Part shown: piece after piece, positions 51,788 to 64,000 of the stretch
Layout: each line of letters begins with the position of its first letter
Position numbering within the stretch: the first letter of the stretch is position 1
Origin: Lama guanicoe
Lineage: Eukaryota
DNA length: 64,000 nucleotides
NCBI GenBank assembly: GCA_013239625.1
Contig: MU056050.1
Coordinates: forward strand, 7,420,773-7,484,772
Direction: 5' to 3'
The notes under the pieces: generated by a model
The model's database searches: none
Told to the model about the DNA's origin: nothing
Seen by the model: the letters and a program-made list of their open reading frames with translations, nothing else
Program-made: the position numbers and the translations under genes

Positions 51788-54139
51788 TTCATGGAGTAGT
51801 TACAAGTTAAGCAGGACCTCAGTGGATGGGGAGAGTTTGAATTGTGAAGAGGAGGGGAATAGGACATTTGAAGGAAAGGAAATAGTCTGTGTATGGTCTT
51901 AGAGACAGAAATGGAGAGTATGTGCTATGGGCACGAGTCACGTTGTATTCCTGGGGTTGTGCATCAGAGGGCGCTAGTCACATATACCATAATGATGATG
52001 GGAGCCATCATGCTGCTCACCATCCCCCACCCCAGGAAGAGATAGGGAGGGGCTAATTCCTGGGAGGGGGGAGGGCTACTATGACCAGGAATTTTGGCTG
52101 TAACCTATAACCTTACTCCCTGAGAAAGATTTAAAGAACCTGGAAAGCTGAAAAGGTGGAAGGGGTGACAGACAATGTGAATGGAAGTCAGGGTAGGTTT
52201 GGGACAATAGGTCCTGTGTCTCAGGAAAACTGGAGATGGGGTGCTGCTCTTACATCCCTTTTCCAAGATAAGAGAGGGAGGCACAGTTACCCAAGACTCT
52301 GGATACCTTGCTTTCTGAAGTCCTGGCCACTTTGCTGGTGGTCCTATGGCAGGAGAAAGTTTCTATTCATTTGGAGAGCATATATTTGGTATTTTCTTTA
52401 TGCCTAGCACAGACCTTAAATTAAGTGCCTCAGTTTGGCTTACACTTCATAGATTAAAAGTAACATCTGTGCCCATCTCTCACTTCACCTTGGCCATACT
52501 CTGTGAAGATAAGTTAGGGATAATTAACCCCATATTAACAGAGGTAAAAACAAAGTCTAAGGAGTATTGCAACTCAGCCTATATCATGCAGTTGATAAGT
52601 GATTTCTGCTCACAACCCAAATCTTCTAACTGTAAGACAAGTTCTAGTTCTACAAAATCATTGGCCTTCCACCATATAAAAAGCTGTGCAGAGAGAAATA
52701 CTAATCAGAGAGAAATCATGGTCCCTGTCCTCAAGGAGTCTAGAATTTTTGGAAGAAATAAACATGCTAGCATTGTGACTTTAAGCAAGTCCACTCCCAT
52801 CTCTGGGTAGAAGCTTTTTCTATAAAATAATATTTTATAGTATATGACCTCAAACACTTTACATTTCTCATCCTCCTAGAAATAAACAGCTGTCAAACCA
52901 CAGGAAACAGTGCATGATGACATGGTGTGGTTGGGTAAGGAAATAATCACGCAGGCCAGCTTGGGGTGCTGCTGCCAAGTCCGATGGCTAGAGTTACTGT
53001 GAGGAAGGAAGGGGGGAAATGGAATTGGGGAGAAAGCCCTAGCAATCTTGTTGGTGCTAAGAATTGCTCATTCTGATATGTACCAGTGTGCTGGTCCCAC
53101 AAAAAGGCCATATGTTGGCCTTTTGAAACACCTCTCTACTCATTCATCACCAGCCCCCTTGCTGCTCATTGATTTTAGCTAAAAGTAGGGCTTGTTCAAC
53201 AAGGACATTAGAGAAGGTTGTCACAGATCTTGTGGTATGTCAGAGAAAATTCAGGGTAAATAAGAATCTGGAGTCACTGATGTGACAGAGAACCAGGAAA
53301 GAATTAGCCTCCTAAAGCACCCTGTCTGGAGGGTTTCAGTGTGACCAAGGACTGGTAATAATAAGATAATTGTAGTACTACAATTACATAAATCAAAGAA
53401 GAGCACTTTTCACATGCCAGGTGCTTTCACAAGTGTTTTACAAGGAGCAACTCTTTTATTCATTACAATAACCTTATGTGATAGCAACTGTTATTTCCCC
53501 CATTTCACAGTCGTGGTGACTGAGGCATACTAAGCACTCTCCACTTTTCCTAGAGCTCTTTTCTTGATTCTCTCCCTCCCACCCTGAACCTCACTAATTA
53601 TCTGCCTTGTGGATAACATTTTATTCTAATAATATTCTGGTGTATAAGATAAAATGCTCAAAGTCTAGAATTTTGAGGCTTCCAGAGTCAAGGCACCTTG
53701 GAAATCTAGCCAACCATAGCTAACTAATCCTCCCTTCTGCCCCTCCCAACCTCATAGAAAGGTCCTCAATGGGACATCTTCCAGGAAGTACCAACTAGTG
53801 ACTGGGGAAACAGGGAGAGGTTAGAAATGCAGGTGGAGAGGCTGTCTCCCAGCCAAAGGAATTAAGAAGATTTAGAGAACCTTTTGAAAGTGTGTCAGGG
53901 GACACTTTAGCTTGAAAGGCCTCCTGGCCCAAATGCTGGAAAGGAACAGTGAGGGAAGGTAGAAATACATGAACGAGAAGTATGGGCAGGGCTGTAACCT
54001 AACTTATGAGCTAAGATGATCTCTCCTCTCCTAAGAAAGTCTTGTTTGGTTCTCCAGTAAAGTCTTGTTTGAATTACCCTCAGAATTCAAAAACCTCTAG
54101 GAGGTCTTGCTTAGGGCTTATGGGCGTCTCACATTCTCT

Positions 54140-54154
54140 GCTGCCACCTGGTGG
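54140..54154 (-). promoter_or_regulatory. Candidate CTCF site
   Basis: Minus strand CCACCAGGTGGCAGC is a close match to the CTCF core consensus. Confidence 0.6.
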
Positions 54155-54576
54155 ACAACAAGAGGTAGTGACTATGATATAGAAACTGTGTGGTTGAGTT
54201 TGGAGGAGGGCTGGACCTGTAGGGCTCCAGGGCACCCTAGGGATAATTGAGTGCCTTTTGAGATTGGTGGGACATGGAAAGGGGGCCAAGGACCATAAAA
54301 ATTTAGAGATAGTATGTGTATTGCCCCTGGCCTACAAACCCAACTGCACCAAAAAAGTACTAGAATGCTTACCACAGGCCAGGACTGAGGTAAGAATTTA
54401 AGATTCACTTAAAAAATGTAATTCTTACAACCACCTTTTTCAGGATCTTCATTTTGCAGATAAGTAAATTGAAACCTAGAAAGGTTAAGTAACTCACAGA
54501 GCTAGATAGTGGCAGAGACAATGTTTAAATTGTTAACCATCATGTCATAAATTTTAACAGCTTTCAGTGGTAATTA

Positions 54577-54796
54577 CAGTTGACCCTTGAACAATGTGGG
54601 AATTGGTGCACTGACCCCACAGGCAGTGTAAAATCCACCTGTAACTTTACAGTTGGCTCTTTGTGTCTGCAATTCCACATCTGTGGATTCAACCATCCAC
54701 GGATCGTGTAGTACTATAGTACATACTTATTGAAAAAAAAATCCACGTATAAGTGGACCTGTGCAATTCAAACCTGTATTGTTCAAAGGTCAACTG
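54577..54796. mobile_element. TcMar-Tigger MITE (Tigger2a-like)
   Basis: TIRs CAGTTGACCCTTGAACAAT ... ATTGTTCAAAGGTCAACTG with TA on both sides. Confidence 0.85.
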
Positions 54797-55289
54797 TATA
54801 TGATGTGAAATTAGACCAAGAAGGAGCCTTAAGTCAGGTAAGCTTTGGTGCCAGCATGGAGAAAGGGAAGGAGTAATATACACACCACCATCTCTACCAA
54901 CTCCACCTTCAAATATGGAGAAACCAAACAAAGGCTGATCTGGAGTTCACTCCCCTCCCCCGCTCCCTCAGCCAGCAAGCACATTTTAAGCACCTCGTCT
55001 ATCCAGGGCTTTGTGGGATATAAGGGCATTAAAATTTTTTTTCAGTTTTACTAGGTAGAATTGTTACAATTTGACTACACATATACAATATATTACATGT
55101 AAATACATATGCACAATATATACTGCACATATTTTTAAGTTTTACATATATGAGAACAGTATTGTTTCTAAGAATGTTTAAACCTTTAGCTTTTTAAACT
55201 TACATAATTATCAAAGGAATAAAGCCAACCACAAAATAAGAATTAATTCAGAAAGATACATACACCCTTCTAGTAACAGCAACATTATT

Positions 55290-55365
55290 TTTCTTATTGA
55301 GTTATAGTCATTTTACAATGTCGTGTCAAACTCCAGTGTAGAGCACAATTTTTCAGTTATACATG

Positions 55366-55404
<39 letters not shown>

Positions 55405-56914
55405 TCATATTTCTTTTCGCTGTGGGCTATCATAAGATCTTGTGTATATTTCCCTGTGCTATACAGTATAACCTTGTTTAACTATTCTACATTTTGAAAT
55501 CCCAGTCTGTCCCTTCCCACCCTCCACCCCCTTGGCAACCACAAGTTTGTATTCTATGTCTATGAGTCTGTTTCTGTTTTGTATTTATGTTTTGTTCTTT
55601 TTTTTTAAGATTCCACACATGAGCAATCTCATATGTGTATTTTTCTTTCTCCTTCTGGCTTACTTCACTTAGAATGACATTCTCCAGGGACATCTATCTT
55701 GCTGCAAATGGCGTTACGTTGTTGGTTTTTATGGCTGAATAGTATTCCATTGTATAAATATGCCACCACTTCTTTATCCAGTCATCTGTTGATGGACATT
55801 TAGGCTCTTTCCATGTGTTGGCTATTGTACATAGTGCTTCTATGAACATTGGGGTGCAGGTGTCTTTTTGAAATAGGGTTCCTTCTGAATATATGCCCAG
55901 GAGCAGGATTCCTGGATCATATGGTAAGTCTATTCCTAGTCTTTTGAGGAATCTCCATATGGTTTCCAAAGTGGCTGCACCAAACTGCATTCCCACCAGC
56001 AGTGTAGGAGGGTTCCCTTTTCTCCACAGCCTCTCCAGCATTTGTCATTTGTAGACTTTTGAATGATGGCCATTCTGACTGGTGTGAGGTGATACCTCAT
56101 CATAGTTTTGATTTGCATTTCTGTGATCATTAGTGATATTGAGCATTTTTTCATGTGCCTATTGATCATTTGTATGTCTTTCTTGGAGAATTACTTGTTT
56201 AGGTCTTCTGCCCATTTTTGGATTGGGTTGTTTGTTTTTTTCTTATTAAGTCGTATGAGCTGCTTGTATATTCTGGAGATCAAGCCTTTGCCAGTTTCAT
56301 TTGCAAAACTTTTCTCCCATTCCGTAGATTGTCGTTTTGTTTTACTTACGGTTTCCTTTGCTGTGCAGAAGCTTGTAAGTTTCATTAGGTCCCATTTGTT
56401 TATTCTTGCTTTTATTTCTGTTGTTTGTGTAGACTGTCCTAGGAGAACATTTTTGAGATGTATGTCAGATAATGTTTTGCCTGTATTTTCTTCTAGGAGG
56501 TTTATTGTATCTTGTCTTATGTTTAAGTCTTTGATCCATCTTGAGTTGATTTTTGTGTATGGTGTAAGGGAGTGTTTTAGCTTCATTGCTTTACATTCTG
56601 CTGTCCAGTTTTCCCAACACCATTTGCTGAAGAGACTGTCTTTATTCCGTTGTATATTCTTGCCTCCTTTGTTGAAGATTAGTTGACCAAAAGTTTGTGG
56701 GTTCATTTCTGGACTGTATTCTGTTCCATTGGTCCATATGTCTGTTTTTGTACCAGTACCATGCTGTCTTGAGGACTGTGGCTCTATAGTATTGTCTGAA
56801 GTCTGGGAGAGTTATTCCTCCAGCCTCTTTCTTTTTCTTCAGTAATGCTTTGGCAATTCTAGATCTTCTGTGGTTCCATGTAAATTTTATTATGATTTGT
56901 TCTAGTTCTGTGAA
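55290..56914 (-). mobile_element. Young 5'-truncated L1 (~1.6 kb) with frameshifted ORF2
   Basis: Consecutive ORF2 peptides in ORFs 56642-56950, 56191-56706, 55936-56169, 55694-56041 and 55487-55693. Confidence 0.95.
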
Positions 56915-57479
56915 GCAAAATTTTTTATAATTGCCAAGATATGGAGGCATCCTAAGTGCAAATCAAGATATGAATGGATAAAGAAGATGCAGCGTATATA
57001 TGTAATGGAATACAACTCACCCATAAGAAAGAAGGATATTTCGTCATTTGTGGTATAAGGGCATTTTTTCCCCAGGGTCCTGGGAAAAATCCTCCCTCCC
57101 ACACACCCACTCTAGGTCTTCTAAAGCCCTCAGATCAAGGAATGTGTTGATGTGTTTTTTAGAAAATGCTGTCCCATAGGGAACAAAAGACCAAAAGCAG
57201 GTGTCACCTATGTTGATCATGAAATTAGGAAATCGCCTGGTGAAAAAACAGGGAGAATCTAAGAGAATCAGCAAGCACTGAGCCCCTGCTATATGCTGAG
57301 TGCTTAACTGCAGAATCTTGTCTAATCTTCCCAAATTCTGTGAGGCAGGTTCTATTAGTATCCCCATTTTAAAATGAGGATAACTGAGGTTCAGAAAGGT
57401 TAGGCAACTTTCCTATATTCACAGACTAATCACTAGGGGAGCTCTAGATGACCACAAAGTTTATGCCCTTTTAGAATAA

Positions 57480-60400
57480 AGGTTTTTTTTCCTTTTATTA
57501 TAGAAAAGTTAAATACAATGAAAACTAGAGATAATAGTGTAACGAAATACCTTTTACCTGTCATCCGTTTAGTAATTGTTAGCACATGGTCAATCTTATT
57601 TCATTTGTAGTCCTATCTACCTACTCCTACTAAACTGGAGTATTTTGAAGTAAATTCCATGCATCATGTCATGTTATCCAGAGAATTTTCAGGATGTATT
57701 TCTAAACAATATGTACTTTTAAAAAAATGACAGTACTGTTCTCATGCCTGCACTACTTTTACATGGGCAAATATACATTTTGTGTTCAAATTTCTCCTGT
57801 TGTCTCATATGTTCTCTCATTTTTCTAATTTTTTGTTTATTAAGATGTAACTGATATATGGTAAATTGCACAAATTTCATGTGTACACCTTGACAAATTT
57901 TTACATGGTTGTATAGCTGCATAGCCAAAGTATACTCCAAAGTGGTAGCTTGAAGTTTTCACTTCTGTCCGTGATGTCTGAGAATTCAAGTTGCTGTGCA
58001 TCCTCACTAACACTTAGTATTATCAGTACTTTTAATTTTAGCCATTTTAATTGGAGTAGGTAAACGGTTGATGTATCTTTTTATTGCTTTATGTTTCTCT
58101 GATGCATAATGATGTTGAGGGCACTATTCTGTATGTCTATTTTGTACACAATTTTAAAAACTTTGGCTTATGAATCTTTTTCTTATTGATACATAGGAGT
58201 TCCTTATAAGTTCTCGATATTTGTCAGAATATATACAAATCTTTTCACAATCTGTGTGGCCCTTTCACTCTATTTTTATCTTGTCTTTTGATGAAAAGAT
58301 ATTCTTAGCTTTAATGAAGTCTAATTTATCAATCTTTCCTTTTTTGGTTAGTGTTTTTTGTGCCCTGTTTTAGAAAAAACTGTCTCCCTGAATGTAATGA
58401 AAAAATCATCTATATTTTTCTTTAGGATTAATGTTTGTGTATGATGTGAGGTAGTTTGTGTATTATGTGAGGTAGAGGTCAAGGTTAATTTTTACATATG
58501 AATGTTAGCATGGCCAAGCAATGTCTTTTCACCACTGAATAGTAGTAATACCTCTGTCATAAAGCAAGTTAATGCATATGTAAAACTATTTCTTGGCTCT
58601 CTATTTGATTCATCTGTTTATCTTTGGTTTTACCAATAGCATAGTGTTTAGTTACTATAGCATTATATTAATTATTGCTGTCTAGTAGTATAAGTACTCC
58701 CCCTTGATGGTAGTGGTGGAGGTAGTGATCCTTTCTCTCCTCCCTCTCCCTCTACTTTCCCTCTTCTCTCCTTCCTCTTCTCCTCCTTTATTGTCTTGAA
58801 TATTTTAGGCTCTTTGCCTTTTCATGTACATTTTAAAATTAGCTTGTCAGTTTCCAAAAACCGGCTTGATTTTTGAATCCTATTACATTGGATGTACAGA
58901 TCAAATTGAGAAGAATTGAAATCTTTCAATATTAAGTCTTCCTATTCATGAACTTGGCACATTATTACTTTTATTTAGGTCTTCTTTAGTTTCTCTTGGC
59001 AATGTTATGTAGTTTCACTGTACAGATCTGGTACATTAAAATTTTTTTTCTCTAAGTTTTTTATGTTCAAATTTTATTGTAAATAGAATTCTTTTCTTAA
59101 TATCATTTTCTGTTTTTTCATTGCTATGATACATAAATACAATTGATATTTGTATACCTTTTATTCAGTGACTTTGCCAAATTCACTAAATTCTACTAGG
59201 TCTTATAGCCCTTTTTGGTAGGTTCTCTGAAATTTTCTCTGACCTTAATCATGTTGTCTTCAAATAAACAGTTTTGACTTTTTTCTTTCTAATCTGAATT
59301 CTTTTTATTTTATTTTCTTGCCTTATTGTGCTGGCTATGATTTCTAGTACAATGTTGAATAGAAGTGGTGAGAGTGGACATGATTGCCTTGTTCTTCATA
59401 TTAGGGTAAACATTCAGTCTTTCACCATTAGCTATGATGCTGGGTATAGGTTTTGTGTGGATGCCCTTTATCAGGTTGGAGAAGTTCTTTTCAATTCCTA
59501 ATTGCTGAGATATGGGTGCTGAATTTTATCAAATATGTTTTCTGCAATGTTAAGACTATCATATAAGATGTTCTCCTTTATTCCATTAATATGATAAATT
59601 ACATCAGTTTTCAAATGTTAAACCAATCTTGCACTTGTGGGATAAAACCCACTTTGTCATATATGTTATGCTATTTATATATTGCTAAATTCAATTTGCT
59701 AGTATTTTTAAAGGACTTTTATGTGTATGTTCATAAAAGGTAAGGATCTATTATTCTATTTTCTTGTAATATCTTTGGTTTTGGTATTAAGATAATGCTG
59801 ACTTCCTTCATAAAATGGATTGGCAAGTCTTACTTCCTCCTCTGTTTCTGAAAGAGTGTTTTATAATGGTATCATTTTTTTTCTTCAACATCTGCTTGAA
59901 TTCATTTATGAAACCATCTGGGCCTGGAGTTTTCTTTGTGGGAATGGTTTTAATAACATATTTACTTTCTTTAATAGATAAAGCTACCCATATTTTCTAT
60001 TTCTTCAAATGCCAGTATTGGTAAGTGGTGTTTTTCAAAGATTTTGCCCTTTTAATCTTAACTATCACATTTATTGATATAAAATTTTCATAATTTCCTC
60101 TATTACTTCAATGTATGTTAAACCTGTAGACATATCATATTTTTATTCCTATTGTTAGTGGTTTGTATCCTTTTTTAAAATCTCGATCTATCTTGCTATG
60201 GATTTATCACTTCTATTTTTTTAAGGACTAATTTTTGACTTAAAGTTTTCTTTCCATTGTACATTGGATTTTCATTGTAACGTCTTCTGTTCTTGTTATC
60301 ATTTCTTGTCTTCTACATTCTTTAAGGTGATATTTTTACTAGCTTTTTGAGCTGGAAGATAAGACCATTGAGGTTCAATCTTTTCTGTTTTAATACATTC

Positions 60401-63140
60401 AATTAAATCTATAATTTTCCAATATATTTTCAATGTTTTTAAATCTCATTTTATTTTTTTTTGTATATCAACAAGGTTGCTAAAAATCACAAGGTTAACA
60501 GTCCCACTAACAGATGTTACAAACAAAGCCACTCTTTAACAAAGTAACTTGAGCCTATCTTAAAATTTCAACTCATTTGTTTCATTTCTTACTTTGCTTC
60601 ACCCTTTTCTTTCCTGTCTTTTTAAAGGGTTTTTCAAGCATCTATTTCAACTTTCTTCTATGTTCCTACTCTTAACTGTCATCTTGTACATGAGGGTTTT
60701 CAATTGCTATTGATGTATGTTGTATTATTTTCTTCTGGAAATTCAATCTTTAAAAAGTTGTTGAAACTTTCTTTGTCACTCAACATATGGTCCCTTTTGA
60801 GAAATATTCTGTGAGCTCTTGAATATAGTATGTTTTCTACAATTTTTGTAAATGGTGTTCTAAATCAATTAGATCAACTTTATTTGTTGTGTTGCTTTTA
60901 TCTTTATATAATTATTGACTTTTTCTCTGAATTTTCTATACATTACTTTGAGAAAAATGTTAAAATCTCCAACTATGGTTGTAAATTTGTCTATTTCTGC
61001 TTTAGGTTACATCAACTTAAGTTATAAATTTTGAAAATGTGAAATTGTGTGCACAAAATTCATGATTTTTATATCTTCCTGTTGAAGATCTACTATGTAC
61101 ATACAAATTGATGATTTTTGTATCTTCCTTTGTAATCCTTTGTTAAGTTGACCTTTTGCCAGTATGAAATATCCCTCTTTCCTTAAATATACTTTGAATC
61201 ATAATAATATAACTGCATCAGCTTTCTTTTAGTTAGTGCTTGCATGGTATATATCTTTTACCACCACTTTACTTTTGACTTTCTCTGTGATTTATGCAAA
61301 GTGTCTTTTTTAAAGAGCACATAGTTTTTAAGGTCTAATTAAAAAACCATTATCTTTTTACCAAGTTGTTTATTCTATTTGCATTTCTAAATGTGTTATT
61401 GAAGTATAACTTTTATATAGTAAAGTATACAACTCTAAAGTGTACAGCTTAATGAAATTTTATATATTTAAACACCTTGTCACTACTACCTAGCCAAGAT
61501 ACAGAATATTTCCAGCATCCAGTAGGCTCATGTTACTCCCTCCCAATCAGTTATCTCCATCAAAAGCCGCTACTCTGACCTCTGCCATCATAGATGAGTT
61601 TTACCTGTTTTTAATGTCATGCTCATGGATGACACAGTATTTATTTGTGTTTTTTTTTCACTCAATATATTTCAGTGAGATTTAGCCCTGTTGTTACATG
61701 TACTAGTAGTTTGTTTTTTATTCCTATGTAGTATTCCACTGTATAAATTTAATATTTACCCAATCTACTGTTAATGGAATTTTGAGTTGCTTTTAGTTTG
61801 GGGCTATTATGAATAAAGGAACAGAACACTTTTGTACACATTTTTGACACATAAACACATTTCTTTTTGGAAATACATCTAGGAGTAAAATTAATTGCAT
61901 CGAAGGGTAGACTATGGGTAATTTCAGTATTTTCTGCCAAATAGTTTTCCAAAATATTTGACCAATTTTCTCTCACACCAGCAATATATAAAAGTTCCAG
62001 TTGCTCCACCTACATGCTGACACTTTGCTATTGTCAGTATTTTTAATTTTAGTCATTCTTACGATCATGTAGTTATAACTCAATGGTGGCTTTGGTTTGT
62101 ATTTACCTGATGAATATTCATGTTGAACATCTTTTTACATGACCTATAGGGCATTTGGATATCTTTTTTTTTCAAAAAGTGCCTATTGGAGTATTTGGTT
62201 ATTTTTCAAAAATCAAGTTTATTGAATTATAAATTACAAAAAATGAAATACAGTCATTTAAAGTGTACAGTTTGTTGAGTTTTGACAAATGTATTCACCT
62301 GTGTAACTAATATAATTAAAATATAGGATACTTCCATTGCTCACTCCCACTAAAATTCCCTTCTGCCTCTTTGTAGTCAGTTCCTTCACCCTTAACTCCA
62401 GGTAATCACTGATCTGCTTCCTTTCACTATAGTTTTCTTTTTCTAGAATTGTATATAAAGGAAATTATACAGTGTGCACCTGTTTGCTTCTTACTTCTTT
62501 GACTCAGCAGAATATTTTTGAGATTCATCAATTTTGTTGCATTTTTCAGTAGTATGTCCTTTTTAATTGCAGAGTAGTATTTCACTGCATGGATGTACAT
62601 ACATTTGTTTATTCATTCACCTGTTGATGGACATTCTAGTTTTTTTGCTATTACAAATAAAGGTGTTGCAAACATTTAAGTATAAGTCTTTATGTGTGCA
62701 TATGTTTTCATTTCTTTTTGGTAAATATGTTGGAGTGTAATTGCTGAGTTGTATGATATGTGTGTATTCAACTTTGTAAAATGCTCCCAAACTCTTTTCC
62801 AAAGTAGTTGTACGACTTAATACTCCCTGTAGCATATGAGATTTTCTGTTTCTCCATATCCTTGCTACCACTTTTTATTAAGAGTCTTTGAATTTTAACC
62901 ATTTTGGCAAGTATTGACCATCTTTCCATATGCTTATTTGCCATCTCCATACTATTTCATTTGTGAAGTGTCTGTTAAAATATTTTGCCTAGTTTATTGT
63001 TATAAAAGATCCTTACATACTTTAGATACAATTGCTTTGCCAGACATTATTTCATATATACTTCCTCTTAATCTGTGGTTTGCTATTTAATTTTCTTTTT
63101 GGTGTCTTTCAAAGAGAAAATATTTTATTTTGGTATAGTT
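57480..63140 (-). mobile_element. Long tract of old, fragmented L1M elements
   Basis: T-rich antisense L1: CTAGTACAATGTTGAATAGAAGTGGTGAGAGTGGACAT; AAACCATCTGGGCCTGGAGTTTTCTTTGTGGG; several nested 3' ends. Confidence 0.8.
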
Positions 63141-63519
63141 CAATTTATTATAGTATGACCAACTATGTATTTATTGTTCCTAGCACACATCTGTACATTT
63201 CTCACATAGATTATAATCTTGAACCCTAAAATCAATTCGTCCTGATAGAATTTCTTCTATTTTACAAAAGAGAAAAAGAGGTTCAGAAATGTTAAGTGAC
63301 TTGCTTGAGGCTGCCACACTAATAGGTGCCAGAGTTGGGATTCTAATGCCAACCAGTAAGCTGCAGAGTGAGTTTCTTCAACTAGTCTACACTGCCCCCT
63401 ATCATCTCCATCCTTTGGTCATCAGCTGTATGACAGCTAAAACAAGAAGGCAGAGCCTTATGTTGCTCAACCTCAGCTGGGAATGTGTACTTTGGGCAAC
63501 TCAAATTTTTCACCATTCT

Positions 63520-63985
63520 ACACATATTAGATAAAGTAGACTTTGGAGCAAAAAAAATTTTACCAGATGGGGACATTATATAATGATAAAATGATCAATC
63601 CACCAAAAAGACAAAGTAATTCTAAATGTGCATGCACCAAACAATGCAGCTGCAGAATACATGAAGCAAAAACTAGTAGAACTGAAAGGAGAAGCAGACA
63701 AGTTCACAATTATAGTGAGAGATTTCAACACTCCTTTTTCAATAACTGTAGAGCAATTAGACAAAATATACACAAGGATATAGACGAACTCAAGAGCACC
63801 ATCAACCAACAGGATCTAATCAACATTTATAGAACACTGCATCCAATGGTAGAATACACATTATTTCAAGTGTCCACAGAGCATACAGAAAGTGGCCAAT
63901 ATTTTGTACTATAAAACTTAACCTCAACAAATCTTGAAAGAGTTGAAATCTAAGAGATATTGTCTTCCAACAACAATGGGAAAAA
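63520..63985 (+). mobile_element. Old L1 ORF2 endonuclease-domain remnant
   Basis: Frameshifted peptides NVHAPNN...IIVRDFNTP and ELKSTINQQDLINIYRTLHP. Confidence 0.85.
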
Positions 63986-64000
63986 AAACCCCTTAGAAGT

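Noticed and set aside
52346..52810. 154-aa ORF
   Set aside because: Overlaps MIR/L2-derived sequence and resembles no protein I know.
53102..53124. Hairpin AAAAGGCCA-TATGT-TGGCCTTTT as a terminator or pre-miRNA
   Set aside because: A 9-bp stem is too short for a pre-miRNA, intrinsic terminators do not apply here, and chance is plausible.
56108..56686. 192-aa plus-strand ORF
   Set aside because: Antisense shadow of L1 ORF2.
57064..57090. Imperfect inverted repeat TTTTTCCCCAGG-GT-CCTGGGAAAAA
   Set aside because: Short and bulged, with no supporting context.

Overview
This is AT-rich mammalian genomic DNA, very probably camelid (one Vic-1-type tRNA-derived SINE and young L1 3' ends that I recall as camelid-type). 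It is not prokaryotic: I see no CRISPR array, operon, rRNA or true tRNA gene. No convincing host protein-coding exon lies in the window. ORFs with recognisable protein are LINE-1 ORF2 remnants; the rest look like chance ORFs. A single CpG-island promoter (~34.3-35.3 kb; ZNF143, CCAAT, ETS, E2F and GC-box motifs) carries a candidate non-coding first exon on the minus strand. I tentatively recognise it from memory as TMLHE exon 1, which would make 1-34755 intron 1. The left half is mostly ancient repeats (L2, MIR, CR1, hAT/Tigger) with repeat-free enhancer-like islands. The right half is L1-dense. The most unusual structure is a highly degenerate 24-bp tandem array (consensus about CCAGGGTTAGGGCTCAGTCTGTGG) in two blocks (~37.3-38.4 and ~42.0-44.1 kb) separated by a nested L1 stack. 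Other points are a candidate divergent plus-strand exon, candidate cassette exons, a twin-primed L1, a possible L1 3' transduction, (AT)n expansion at one L1 site and a ~125-bp local duplication. I found no demonstrable new biological system. Repeat boundaries are approximate and family names are recalled, not searched.
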